DNA of 64,000 nucleotides from the NCBI RefSeq assembly GCF_018350175.1, contig NC_058368.1:13828001-13892000 (forward strand), in the 5' to 3' direction. The notes beneath the pieces were generated by a model. It did no database searches and was not told the DNA's origin. It was given only the letters and a program-made list of their open reading frames with translations. A program made the position numbers and the translations under genes. The DNA is from Felis catus (Eukaryota). Of this stretch, positions 40,029-53,238 are shown piece after piece. Within the stretch, counting starts at the first letter, position 1. The number at the start of each line of letters is the position of its first letter.

Positions 40029-42400
40029 ATATTAGCTAAGATTAGCTTTGGCTAATATGTTAAATGTTTAAATTAACAGTAAGTTCTCAAAATGGAAGGT
40101 TTTTTTTTTTTTCATTTAAGAATTCAAGCTGGTTTTGTGGTTTTGTTCCATAACAAAACCATCGGAGAACCAAGTTTCTTATTGTTTCTCTGTGACTAGG
40201 GTGTTAACCCTCATTGCATGGCTTATGATGGGTCACTGGTATACCCATTAACCAGTGGGAGGGGCATGCATGCTTTTATGTCAAATCTTAGAAGTGGAAT
40301 GCTTCACTTCTGCTCGCATTTAATTGGCTAGTAGGTTCTTGGCATAGTGATTGAGAAGAGTCTAAGAAGTATAATTGCTCTGTATGTCCAGGAACCCACC
40401 TAAAAACCAGGGTTCCATTACTCTAAAAAAGGGGGAAAACAGATATTGACAGCTAACTGTCACAACACCTCTTTCGCCACTCAAAAATCCAAACCCACCC
40501 TTCTACCTAAACATAAGATACATATATACTTTCCACAGTGATATGCAGTCTCTTTATAAAGTCCAGAGGTGGCTCTTCATGAACAACAAATGATCAGCTT
40601 TCCTCCATATTCAACCATATAAAATAATCACATAGTATGAATACGGTATTTGTAATAACTCCCTTTTGGAAAGGAAAGACCTGGAGATGTACAAACACCT
40701 CTGGTTTTTATTAATTATAAAATTCTTGAAATTATCAACTCCTTTAACTTCTTGCTCTGGAAATGTAGTAGAGTTCCTTGTTCCATCTCGGGTTCTGTTC
40801 TCTGGAGGAGCCTGCTCATCTCCTACCCTCTGTGGTTCCTGGTTTTACTTTCAGAGTAAAACCATTGTAATGGACTTTCAGAGTTCGCCATCCATCATGG
40901 CTACAGCCGAATAGGCACAGGGAGTAGATGGGAAAGGGGGGTGGGAGTGCAAAGCTTTTGTAGCTGCTTCCTGAGAGTGCAGGTTGAGTCCAGGGTTTCC
41001 TTTAGGGATCTAACTATCAGTACAGGTTTTAAAGGCATTTCTTGGGCAATATAATTCTCTCAAAACTATATCAGACTCCCAATATATTTGCTTTTTTTTC
41101 AGTTTTGTAAGCAAGTTGACCAAACCAAAGATCTTAGGTAAGATTTTTAAGCCTGAGAACTCCCTGACTCTCATTTACTGGGCTTTGGTTTCTGTCCCCC
41201 TCTTGCTTTACCTCCCGATTTAAAAGCAGCAGCTTGAGGCCAGATGAAAAAATTGTCTTGGGTATGAAGACCAAACCCTTAATCTAATTTTTAAGTCCTG
41301 AGTTGGGTCTCACTGTTGGGCCACCATGGCTTGGGGCCACAATTTTATCTTCTACTAAGTTTGAGTCACCTTTAATAGCTACTTCAGTGTACAGAAGTGT
41401 TGACAGGGTGCTAGGCTCCTTCCAGACTTTTCAGTCAACTTGGATGGCAAACCATGGGCAGAGAGTCTTCTTGGCACTTGTGATCCTTTCCTGCTCTGCT
41501 TCAGGTTGACCAGCTGTTGCCAGAGTGCATCTCTCTTTTAAAGGTTTTGCTGAAAGCAGCAAGAAGCAGCCAGCTTACATCAAAGATCTGGAATGGCTTT
41601 ATCCACTTTCTTTTAAAAAAATTAGAAGCCGACTTAATTATTTTGAGGGAGACAGAGACAGCACACCAGCAGGGAGAGGCAGAGAGAGAGGGGAAGAGAC
41701 AGAATCCCAAGCAGGCTCCACGCTGCCAGGGCAGACCCCGATGTGCGGCTCGAACCCACAAGACCTGAGATCATGACCTGAGCTGAAACCAAGAGTCAGA
41801 CGCTTAACCTGGTGAGCCACCCAGGCGCTGTGTACCCACTTTCTTTGGAGATATAGGCTCAGGTGGCATGTGGTCTGTCTTCTATGATGTCACAGGCAAT
41901 AGTTTTAGCAACTATTTTCCCATGACCTAGCTAGACTCACCAGTTGTGTCACTGTTGCCTGCTGGGGCACTCTAAGCTAATGCCATACATTTCAGATTCT
42001 GTTCTGTTCATTCCCTCTTCCAAGTACCTAGTTCGGTATTAGTTATGATACAGGTCTGGCAGCTAAGAAAGAGGTTCAAAAGAAGTTATTTAAATAAGAA
42101 AAAGAGACTATTTCCTTGTTATATAATAAAACAAGCTGGTAAGGCAGTGCAGCTTCACATGGTTGTCAATACTCATACTCCTTTTGTTCTGTTTTTCCCA
42201 TTAGTGTGACGCCAGTGATACAAAAGAGCTCACCACCATGTCTATGTGCTAACCAGAGGAAAGAGGGAAAGGACCCACTTCACTGACACACACCAGTCAT
42301 CAACCTTGGTCACATGGCTATTAGGAAGCTTCAAGGAGGCTGGGTAGCCAGAATTTAGGGAGGAGGATGAGGTGGGGAGAGTTAACTACTAGTTAATCAC
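40029..42400 (-). mobile_element. Probable old MaLR provirus: LTR - internal - LTR, with a SINE inserted
   Basis: Two MLT1-like segments (about 40029-40470 and 42035-42400) flank an internal region ending CCATACATTTCAGATT...CCAAGTACCTAGTTC-GTATTAGTT, resembling a MaLR int/LTR junction. Confidence 0.5.
41613..41829 (-). mobile_element. Can-SINE
   Basis: GAATCCCAAGCAGGCTCC...GAGCCACCCAGGCGC; TSD-like CCACTTTCTTT. Confidence 0.92.
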
Positions 42401-43842
42401 ACTCAGCTACTCGGATATTGAAAATTACATTTAATTTTCATTTAAACTTACAATAATGTGAGTTGGAACATTAAAGAAAAAAACACTAGAGAACAAACAA
42501 ACAACACTAGAGAATGTTTTCCATTCCATTCATGTGACCCTGATCTTTGATCAGCAGGATAGGAAGATCTGGACTTGACTTGATTTTCAAAATGCTTTCC
42601 TAATAACTGAATAGAAAAAGCACACCATCCTTAAATGTTATTTAGTTCTTCCCTCTGTCTCTAAGCAGATGTGCATTTAAGATATGGATACCTTTCATTT
42701 AAACATCTTTAAGAAAAGCTATTTAACAAATTCCTTCTATTGAATTTAGTGTCTCTCAGTTATCTAGCCAAAATGAACTCCTCAAGCTGTACATATCCCT
42801 TACATAAGGTTCAGCCCTCATGATAAACAAGTTATATATGGGGCTGACCTAATATAACAAATTCCTTGAGAACTGAGGTTGCACATTTCTGTGTTAGTAG
42901 ATACTGTGCAATTCTAATGCTAACTTAATGATATTTTACATACTTAAAGAGTTACTCGGGTGCATACTATCTCATCTTCTATTTTTTGCCATTGTGTGTA
43001 ACTGAGGAAGGACAATGGGATTTACCAGCAGAAGGGAGCTTAGGTTCAATGCCTCACAGCCTGTTTTGGCCCTGCACCCAAACGGTATAGACATAAAAGT
43101 GGGATTTTCTGACTCTTTTTAACCTCCCCACCCTGGAGAACAGGGACTGCAGGAAAACTAAAAAGAAGAGGCCTTTATTTTTTTTTTAATTTAGTACAAG
43201 CTTTATAATGAGAATGTAATGGATAGTTTCAGAAAACAGAATAGAATCTTATTGAATAAACCACGAGCAGAAGCTTCATAAGAATTTTGTTCCTGGAACC
43301 CATGCTCTTAGTAAGTACTTATATGTTGGGTTATTCAGAGGACCTGCTATTCATTCTCCAAATCATTCACATTTAAATGTATTTACATAGGTAATTTACA
43401 TGAAATTATTTCTAGAAATCATGATCATTTAAAACCTGTCGTATGACAATGATCTCTAATTTTGTGGCCCTCTAACTTGTTCACACATTTAGACTGACCT
43501 TCCATGTTTTTTCAACTGTGGCATCTTCTAATATTAGATGCTTTGGTTTCGAGAGCCCACAACTGCATAGAGCTTGAAATGCATAATAAACAATTCTATA
43601 AAAGGGAGGGTGGAAGTTGACCCAAGAAGTAGTAACACACAGCATTCTCAAACACTCCACCTCGGTTGCCTTCTTTTACTTCTACTTTCATATCTCATAA
43701 TTCAAAATTCTGGGGAGCCGTCCCTGGAATGTTGTTTCTCCTGATCATAAATACCCACATCCAATATATCAGACAGTACCAGATATTTTAAAAAATGAAA
43801 CAATGAATAGCCCCAGAAAAGCAGCAACTTCTACTTATTTGA

Positions 43843-43843
<1 letters not shown>

Positions 43844-43881
<38 letters not shown>
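43844..43881. repeat. (AT)n microsatellite
   Basis: Direct reading. Confidence 0.95.
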
Positions 43882-43883
<2 letters not shown>

Positions 43884-44824
43884 AACATATATATATGCAC
43901 AATATATATCTACGTATTGATAAATACACATTCTCTTCATCCCAAAACTATGAGATTATGAACTGATTTTTTTTAGTTGCCTAGTATTTTAATGTTACAT
44001 TTGTCTGTCATCACTTGTTTTATTTACATAAAATCTGAGTCACATTCAAAGAGATCATTTGGTTATAATTTGTTTTCATTAGGAGCCAAAGGTTTTAGAT
44101 ACTGTGTGAAGAAAGCAAAAGGTATATAGCTGGAGTTTTTTTCTTTGCCAGGTGTTGCTATTTTACTAATTTGCAGGCCACAAAATACAAATCATGCCAT
44201 TAGGTATCAAACATTCAGTTGCTCATTCATTCATATCACACTTTTCACAAGTGCCTATGGGGCACTGTAGAGCCACAAATGAAGAAGTGGTTTTCAGGCA
44301 AGTAAGGAGATGAACCATTTCCATCCACGTTCAAGGGCTGTAGTGGAAGGAGCGAGGTGAGAAACCTAATGAATGTTTGTTATGTCCTAGGTATTGTGGT
44401 TGATGTGATTCATTAAATTAACTCATTGAATCCTTTAGCTCCCTGAAAAAAGTATTACTAATTCCAAAAGAAACTAAAATTCAGAGCCATGACGTGACAC
44501 TCTCAAAGGCACAAAGCCAATATGCACCAGAGCCATAAATCCAAATCAGGCTTGTCTCACATCACAGGTGCATAGTCTATCCACTGCATCCAGTGACCTC
44601 CTCGAGCTCTGAAGGTGCCACAGGTGCCAAGGCTTTAACTCTGCTGAAGGAGACAGAGAAACTTCTATGGAAATGGGACAGCTGGAGTCAAGTCTTGTGG
44701 GATAATCATGAGCCCTACGCGTAGACACACTTGTGAAAGGCTTTCCAGATAATGGGAGGAGCATGTGATAGATACAGAGGCCTATGATAAATATCAGGTT
44801 TAGGAAACTGCAAGTACTTTAGTA

Positions 44825-45050
44825 TAGAAAAGTCACTGTACGTTCTAGAGGCAGGCTGTGTAGAATCAAATCTCAGCTGCTACGCTACTTAGGTGTATAA
44901 CTTGGGCAAGTTTCTAACTTCTTTTTTCTTACCTATAAAATATGGATAATGATAGGACCTTCCGACTAAAGTTGTTGAGGATTAAATGACAAAAAATATA
45001 TAAAGTACTTCACACAGTGGCTGAACCCTAGGGAGAGCTCCATGAATATT
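44825..45050 (+). mobile_element. MIR
   Basis: AAATCTCAGCT..CTACTTAG..CTTGGGCAAG..CCTATAAAATATGGATAAT..GAGGATTAAATGA. Confidence 0.75.
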
Positions 45051-45520
45051 ACATATTCTGAAATAGCTGGAATATAATGTGCAAGGGAAATAATGACAGG
45101 AGACAAGTTTGAGTTGAAAGGTCAAGACCAGATCATGAAATGCCTCCTATTATATATAATTGGGATCATCATTCAGGATTTAAAGCATGTGTTTGTGTAT
45201 GTATTTGTCTTATACAAAACTGGCTCTAGTTTATTTAAAAATATATTTTGTGATGTTAGTGTTGAAAACAGATCAGAAGAAATGAGACCTGAGTCAAGAA
45301 GGCTGACTCTCTCATTAATGCAATAATCCAGGGTAGATACTATAAGGATCTGAACTTGAACTTAGTGGTGATGCAGAGGAAGGACAGGCCTAAAAAATAC
45401 TTAGGAAATAGTCTCCGTAGGACCTGATTAACAGAGAATAGAAGCGGTCTAGAGGGTTGGTGGTGCCAATCACAGAGACAGGGAATACAGGAGAAGGAAC
45501 TTTAAAGAAAGGTGCTTATA

Positions 45521-45563
45521 CACCATATGTTAGCCAACTTGACAATAAGTTATATTTTTTAAA
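45521..45563 (+). mobile_element. Ultra-short (43 bp) feline L1 3'-terminal insertion
   Basis: TATGTTAGCCAACTTGACAATAAGTTATAT matches the recalled feline L1 3' end; exact 13-bp TSD AAAGGTGCTTATA (45508-45520, 45564-45576). Confidence 0.8.
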
Positions 45564-45653
45564 AAAGGTGCTTATATAGCAAAGCACCTCATGTCTTAAA
45601 ACAGTTAAAGAAATCAATCTACTCAGTTATAAAATACAGATACTATTCTATTT

Positions 45654-45869
45654 AAAAAAATGTTTTTAATGTTTTATTTATTTTTGAGACACAGAGAGAC
45701 AGAGTGTGAGCAGGGGAGGGGCAGAGAAAGCGAGACACAGAATCCGAAGCAGGCTCCAGGCTCTGAGCTGTCAGCACAGAGCCCGACGTGGGGCTCGAAC
45801 ACACAAACTGTGAGATCATGACCTGAGCCAAAGTCAGATGCTTAACCGACTAAGCCACCTAGGAGCCCC
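45654..45869 (-). mobile_element. Can-SINE
   Basis: TSD ATACTATTCTATTT on both flanks. Confidence 0.95.
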
Positions 45870-48769
45870 AATACTATTCTATTTTAAAGAGTGACCTAGA
45901 AAATTGTGCTTGAGGTTTGAAGTTAAAAAAGAAAATTCCTGTTATCAAGTAATTTAGTGATAGAAAAAACACCTAAATTAACATTTTATCAGATAAAACT
46001 AATAACTGGTTTAATATCATTCACATTCAACTTACATATTACACCTCCCCCTACACACAATACTTCTTAGGTAAGGCACAAATTCACAAAAAGAGAATAC
46101 ACACAGAAATTAGATTACATTTATGATTTTATTAGTCAAGAATGAAAAATTTGGTGTCCAAATTTTAGCTGCTGTACATCCCAATAAAAGGTCCCTTGGC
46201 TCCCAAAGTCCCCATATGGGTGTATAAATACAGATGGAACTGCCTGACCAAGATAGGGTCTCACTAGATCTATAATGTTCTATTCTTGCTGTGTCAATGA
46301 CTAGTGTTTACTCTGGGTTTACCTATCTGAGGAGGAATTACACTAAAAGTTGATATACTTCTATTTGTGGAAATATATAAAGGCAAAGCCCACTCCTGAC
46401 CCCTACTCAGAATCAGCAAAACAATTCTCTCAGAGGAAGCCCATTTCACCACAATTCTATTTATTATAAGCATTGAATAAGTGCTAACTACTTGTAATCA
46501 AGTGGGCTATTACAGGGAATTTGATTGCACATATTTATTTTTAAAACAAATCCTTTAATCCTGACACATTAAGTCAAATGCTAGTTAACATGAACAAGGT
46601 CAACTTTTTGGTGGGTAGTAATATGTTTTGATATCAGGAACATTTATAGACTTCTCAATGTACTGTGTACTGTTAATTACCTTCTAGGCAAAATTTTCCA
46701 ATAATAAAGATAGCAAGAATAAGTAGAATATTAAATATTAGTCTCTTAATCATTAATCAAGATGCTAATGTGTAAAATCTAATATTTTGTTAAGGTATTA
46801 ACATTTATCCCTCATAATTTCAATTAAAAGGTATGACTAGGAGAAACTGTTTCTTTGTTCAACCACAAGGACTACACAGAGCAGTTTCAGCACCAGGGAT
46901 AGTAATCTTCCTGGATAACAGGGAATGCCATAATACAGATGAGTAAATGCTATGTGTCTAAATTAAAATTACTTACAAGGTTTATATGAGTGCGTATGGC
47001 ATGATAGTTAAAAGCACAGGCACAGGGAAAGATTCAATAAAAATGTTTTGTTGTTCTTGTGATTATTTTTATTATTTGTGAAGTTGATGTAACAAAAAGA
47101 GTTCTATTTCTTCTTAGTTATAGATATGAATAAAATATGGAAAATTAATGACCTTAATGAAATATTTCTTGTTTTGTACATATTAATTTAAAATACGACA
47201 CAATGGATCACCATTTCTTGGTATTAGCAAAATATAAGAAAGAAAAACATAAAAATCATGAGTGAAAATTCTCCAAATGAAAGTTCATTGCAAAAGGAAA
47301 AAAAAGGAAAACAAAATACAAAATTTTAAAGAAATATTATCTTTCCAAACATAGCCATAATATTCCTGTATATTATAAATCTTCATGAGTTTTTGCTGGT
47401 ATACTTTCCCTGCATGCTTTGAAGAATAAAGCAATTAGTGAACTGTTGACCAACTGTAATATATTATTTACTGTTAGGTGTATTTCTAAATGAGGGTAAA
47501 AAAACACCAAAAGCTCTATAAAGTCAAAATATATTAGTAATCTATAGAAATTATAAGAAGCATAATGCCAACTCCAAGAATGACTGCAAATTCGTGCAAT
47601 TTTTAAGGTACAATTGTTCTGAAAAAGTTGGCCAATTTGGAAAAAAGCCATTAATATATAAATAGATACATTTGGGTTAATACCTATTCATCATTAGAAA
47701 CCAGGTAATCTGGGTTCTGCACATTTTTGCACATGTCCATTTATTTGCTTATATGTCAACAACCAATACAAAAAATTTTTGCAGCCACCAATACCCAACC
47801 TATTTTTAATGGGTAGATCCACATCTATGTTGACATGTCGTGGTTATTATTTCAGTTTATAGATAACAAGCATCTAAATGATACCGCACCTGGGAAACTA
47901 GTACTCAAAACCCCAATTACCAGGAACACGTGATGGAATGGCCAGAATTCAGTAAACATACAGGTATATTAAATCAATAGTCAATTAACCCAACAGCCTA
48001 TAAAATCTCCCATGAACTGAGAGGCACAAAGTTTTTGGGAAAGCAGGTACACAACACTTACAGAAAACAACTTGATGTGAAGGGCTGATGCACCTAAGAA
48101 ATTATTTGGAAAAGTTAACCCCATGAAGTCCTACTGTTTCTTTTTAAAAATAAAAGGAAAAACTCTTCTTGTCTTGGCAGGAATTTAAAGTACTAAACTT
48201 TATTTACAAAAAAAAAAAAAGCAATTACGCAAAAATTTGATAAAAATGAAAGGCAGAGAAAGTCAGATCTTGAAACAACAGAAAAGTCTGGTTTAAAACC
48301 TCAGGTACATTTTGGTAGGCTGTTTACTTCTGTGGGTTAATAAATTATAAAAGATTATTTTGTAATTATTATTTGCTTATTCTTTTGGCTTTTTTTTATT
48401 TTTAGAAAGCCTCAGAAAAAAATTCCTATTTCATAATATGTCTTCTCTTGTTATGACTAGTGAAAAACAAAGAAAATGTATATAGCTAATTTGGTTTTAT
48501 GTACTTAACAGAGGTAAGAGACTTAAGTTTGAGATAGAAAAGTAAATACTTAAGGGCCTTAAAAACAAACATAGTATATATACTATATATAGTTATTTAT
48601 ATTAAAAAAATGAAAGAAGAAAATACCCTCCTATTTGCTCTTTTAAGAAAGGAAAGTCAGGTCAATGAATAAAGAGATACAAATGGCTATTAGTGTACTT
48701 AATTATATAACTTGAAAACTCACAAAATCTACTAAGTCTTTTTGTGTTAACATATAAGCACAACTTCTA

Positions 48770-48960
48770 TTATCAATTGAGTACTTATTGCAGACATGGT
48801 TTAAGTGCTTTATATGATTCATCTCTTTAAATCTTCCAAGCAATACATTTGGGACAGTTAGATTTTACAGGCGCAGAAACAGGTTCAAAGGCAATTTGTC
48901 TGGATTTGAACCCAATCTGTCTGATTTCAAAACCATTCCTTTAGCCATTATACCATACTT
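48770..48960 (-). mobile_element. MIR
   Basis: TTGAGTACTTA..TAAGTGCTTTATATG..ATTTTACAG..AGAAAC..GGATTTGAACCCA. Confidence 0.7.
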
Positions 48961-50431
48961 CAAGGGATTACTTGGGATTAGAATGGGAACAGTAAAACAA
49001 TAAACAGTGTTTGGGAGAAATGCCATATTTTATAAGGTAACCATGTGAGCTCGGTTGTGTTTATGAAAGAAAACACTATGATATGAATTATGACGGCAAA
49101 TCATGTGGCCGTGATCTTAATGTGCTTACTGAATGTGACTAGCCCTGAAATATCTTCTTGCGATTGCAAAATAAATCAGGTTGAATTTGTTTTAATATAA
49201 ACAAAGAAACTAGGGATAAAGCTGTGGCCAACGTATGACATTCCGTCTACTTCTCAGAAACTTAGATTAGCCAAACAGAAATAAGTTTAATATACACATT
49301 CATGGATATTTAACACACACTCAAATACTAGATGTGATTGAGCATCTTGATCACTTAAGATATCCTTTAACCTTATGATTATGTGATTTAGGAACTGTTT
49401 TCACATTAACAACAAAGAAGCCGTATATAATGTATGTCTCAAAATGTTTAAAATTAAACTCTCAGGAAGAAGTGAAAAGAGATAAATAAACCACAGCCCC
49501 AGGAAATCAAAGCATAAATCTCAAATTGTCTCCATGTACTACCTCTTAATTGATCAATGAGGTAGTTGTTTCAAGCCATTCTTCCACTGGTTAATCCATA
49601 GCTGCTGGCACTAATACAGAAAGCCTCTAATCCAAAGCTTTATGCACCAGTACCAGGCTGAAATTGATTCTATACACCATCTCCTGGTTGGGCTAAAGTT
49701 CGCTAAAAATGCTCTCGCTTACTTTGAAGAGATTGTATTAATGAGATTACCATTCCAAAGGGTCCTTGGACATTTCCTCATAGCATTCTTTTCCTGCTTC
49801 TACCCAGAGTATATGCTTCTAATTATAATCATATAGACATAGAGTAATACTTTCAATAGGGACTAAGAGATTAATAGACACATAACAAAAGCTTCGCCGG
49901 AAAAGCATAATAAGGAGTGATATATTTAATGGGACTATGAAATTAAGTTTTGGTTAATCTTAATGAATATAATTAAAAACTATTTATTTATCCCAAGTAA
50001 TTTTTTGTCTAGAATTAAAGTGATTCCCAGGAAACAGAAAGGCTAATGGAGTTTTTTTTAACCTTCATAGGCATTGAGATATAAAAACAGATTGACTCTT
50101 CATCTTTTGGTGGATAGCTTTCACCAAAACACGCAAAAACGTGATGATTTTGTTCTTTTAAAATAACCTTCCCCAGTCTCATTATCTTTCATCTGGTAAA
50201 TTTGGTAGAAATTAACTAATGGCCTCAGTCCAGGTCCCAATGTAGGGCATGTGGGATTGTGAATACACCTGAGGCCTTGGCCAGTATACTTGGGGGATCA
50301 AGTCACAATTTTATCACTTAAAGTATGATCTTGCACAACTGACAATTCATATTAGTTTCCTCATTTGAAAAACGAGAAAAACAATATTTTATTTGAAGGA
50401 CTATAGTAAGGATTAGAAATAATACATGTTA

Positions 50432-50643
50432 GGGGAGCCTGGGTGGCTCAGTCAGTTAAGACTCTGACTTCAGCTCAGGTCATGATCTCATGGTTCATTG
50501 GTTCAAGGCCCCCATTGGGCTCTGTGCTGATAGCCTGGAGCCCACTTCAGATTATGTGTTTCCCTCTCTCTCTGAACCTCCCCTGCTTGTGCTCTGTCTC
50601 TCTCTCTCAAAAATGAATAAGCATTAAAAAAATTAAAAAAAAT
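50432..50643 (+). mobile_element. Can-SINE inserted in a MIR
   Basis: Canonical head; TSD ATAATACATGT; flanks read as MIR core. Confidence 0.92.
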
Positions 50644-51448
50644 GGACATAATACATGTAAAAGTGCATGGCAGATAGATGAATAGTATATAACAACTATA
50701 GTGATTAACAATAATCAACCATAAACTCCATTCTTTAACATACTTTCAATGTTAATTAGCATAAAAATAATTGCATATATTCTATCAAAAACTTTTTCAG
50801 TGAAGGGAGTTTAGGTGACTATATATATTGTCATGTGAATTGCTTACTTTTGGAAAATGAGAGAAATGGAAACTATTAATTTAAGTGAAAATTTGTCAAC
50901 CAATGCTACTTGAAAACAACAACAAAAAAGCCAGAATCTTTTATTTTTTAAATGCTGGAAATGGGTACAAATTTCAGATCATTTTCAACTAGGTGGGATT
51001 TTGAATGTATTCTTGAAGGTGACATTTAAGCCACCTATTGAAATTTCCTATTGAAATTAATAGGAGGGGTGAGGAGGACAGTGCTATAGACAGAAGGAAG
51101 AACACTCGTAAGGCACCAAAATAGGAAAGCACAATATATTAACTGGGAACAGAGTATTTCAGTTTGGCTGAAGCATTGTCTCCCAGCCAAGGGACCTCAG
51201 ACTTATTGAAAGTGATCCATACCTACTTATATACACGTCAGATATTGTTTATGGACAGAACAAATACCAGACACATGTACATTGCATGCATGTATATTAG
51301 TTTTCTAGAGTTACTGTAACAAAATGCCATAAACTAGATGGCTTAAAACAACAGAAATTTATTCTTTCATAGTTGTGGAGTCTAGAGGTCCAAAATCAAG
51401 GTACCAACAGGGCCATGCTTTTTCTGAAGGTTCTAGAAAAGAATTTTT

Positions 51449-52140
51449 CCTTTCTCTGTCTGACTTACTTCACTTAGCATATCATCTAGGTCCATCCAGG
51501 TTGTCACAAATGGCAAGATTTCATTTTTTATGGTTGAGTAATATTCCATTAGATAGAAAGATACCACATTTTCTTTATCCATTCATCTATTAATGGACAC
51601 TTGGATTGCTTCCATATCTTGGCTTTGTAAATAATGTTGCAATAAACACAGAGATGCATATATCTTTCTGAATTAGTGTTCATTTTCTTTAGGTAAGTAC
51701 CCAGTAGTGGAATTACTAGGTCGTATGGTATTTCTATTTTCAATTTTTTGAAGAATCTCCATACTGATATCTTCCATATCAGAGAAAGGCAAATATCATT
51801 TGATATTACTTATATGTGCAATCTATAAAACAAGACAAAGGAACAAACAAAAGCAACAGACTTAAATTCAGAGAACAAACTGGTGGTTGCCAGAGGGCAG
51901 GTAGATGTGGGAATGGGTGAAATAGGTGAAGGGGATTACGAGATTCAAATTTCCAGTTATAACATAAATAAGTCATGGAGATGAAAAGTACAGCATAAGG
52001 AATATAGTCAATACTATTGTAATAATGTTGTATGGTGACTACACTTATCATGGTAGCAGAGTAATGTAAAGAATGGTCAAATCACTATGTTGTACACCTG
52101 AACAAATATAACATAGTATATCAACTATACGTCAATTTTT
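51449..52140 (+). mobile_element. 5'-inverted L1 (51449-51778 antisense, 51779-52140 sense)
   Basis: Antisense piece encodes KIEIPYDLVIPLLGTY (L1 ORF2); both pieces meet at the same L1 position (CAGAGAAAGG present in both). Confidence 0.88.
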
Positions 52141-52309
52141 AACCTCTTCCTAGCTTCTGATGGTTGCTGGGAACCCTTACCTTTCCTAGGCTTAGAGCAG
52201 CATAACTTCAGTCTCTGCCTCTGTCTTCACATGGACTTCTTCCCTGTGTCTGTCTTCAAACCATCATCTTTCTGGGTGCCTGTTCAGCTGTGTATCACTT
52301 TCCCTTTTC

Positions 52310-52332
52310 TTTCTTTCTTTCTTTCTTTCTTT

Positions 52333-52383
<51 letters not shown>

Positions 52384-52607
52384 CTCTCTCTCTCTCTCTT
52401 TTTCTTTCTTTTTTTATGTTTGTTTATTTATTTTGAGAGAGATTGCACGTACAAGTGCCCGGTGTAGGCACAGAGAGAGAATCTCAAGGGTGCTCCATGC
52501 TCTCAGTGCAGATCTCCATGGGGGGCTTGATCTCATGAATCATGAGATCATGACTTGAGCCGAAATCAAGAGTCAGACGCTTAACCGGCTGAGCCACCCA
52601 GGTGCCC
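52310..52607 (-). mobile_element. Can-SINE with tail expanded into (TTTC)n
   Basis: Head ends GAGCCACCCAGGTGCCC; TSD CTTTCCCTTTTCT brackets both the SINE and the microsatellite. Confidence 0.9.
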
Positions 52608-52784
52608 GTCTTTCCCTTTTCTTATACCAGTCATATTTGGTTAAGGGCCTATGTAATTCAAGCATAACCTCAACTAAATTTGGGAGTATCTACATAGGTC
52701 TTACTTCCAAACAAGGTTACATTCCCAGGTACCGGAGACAGCACTTGAACATATTTTTGGGGGAACACAAATCAACCCACAACA

Positions 52785-52786
<2 letters not shown>

Positions 52787-52826
<40 letters not shown>
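52787..52826. repeat. (GT)n microsatellite
   Basis: Direct reading. Confidence 0.95.
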
Positions 52827-52830
<4 letters not shown>

Positions 52831-53024
52831 CTTCAAATATATATACATGTTGTGGCTTTTAAAAAGTTAAAATTATGTAAGTAGCATTACTCAACTGAAT
52901 GGCTTTCCATTACTGTATTTTTCGCAATGGATATTAAAATAACAAATTTCTTGGGTAGGAATCTAGGAGTCTACAATTTTTTTTCATGATGAAAAGAGTC
53001 ATAGTACTTACAAATGTTGAGAGC

Positions 53025-53238
53025 TGGGGTGGCTCGGTCGGTTGAGCACCCGACTTCGGCTCAGGTCATGATCTCACATTCCAGGAGTTCGAGACCCACG
53101 TCGGGCTCTGTGCTGACAGCTCAGAGCCTGGAGCCTGGTTCGGATTCTGTGTCTCCCTCTCTCTCTGCCCCTCTCCTGCTCATGCTCTGTCTCTCTCTGT
53201 CTCAAAAATAAATAAAAACATTAAAAAAAAATTCTAAA
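53025..53238 (+). mobile_element. Can-SINE, slightly 5'-truncated
   Basis: GGGTGGCTCGGTCGGTTGAG head; TSD GTTGAGAGC. Confidence 0.94.

Larger units (their letters stand above)
51291..52784 (-). mobile_element. MLT1-type LTR interrupted by an L1 and a SINE
   Basis: ATTAGTTTTCTAGAG..GGCTTAAAACAACAGAAATTTATT start; resumes CTCTTCCTAGCTTCTGATGGTTGC at about 52143; ends CAACCCACAACA. Confidence 0.85.

Noticed and set aside
49538..49566. Hairpin ACTACCTC...GAGGTAGT containing let-7-like TGAGGTAGT
   Set aside because: Only 29 nt, far too short for a pre-miRNA; the let-7-like 9-mer is on the 3' arm and similarity stops right after it
49642..49836. 64-aa ATG ORF with protein-like composition (MHQYQAEIDSIHHLL...)
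   Set aside because: No family recognised, no promoter or splice support; length compatible with chance
7235..53211. Recurrent MAQSVKRPTSAQVMIS... ORFs that look like a gene family
   Set aside because: All are translations of Can-SINE bodies
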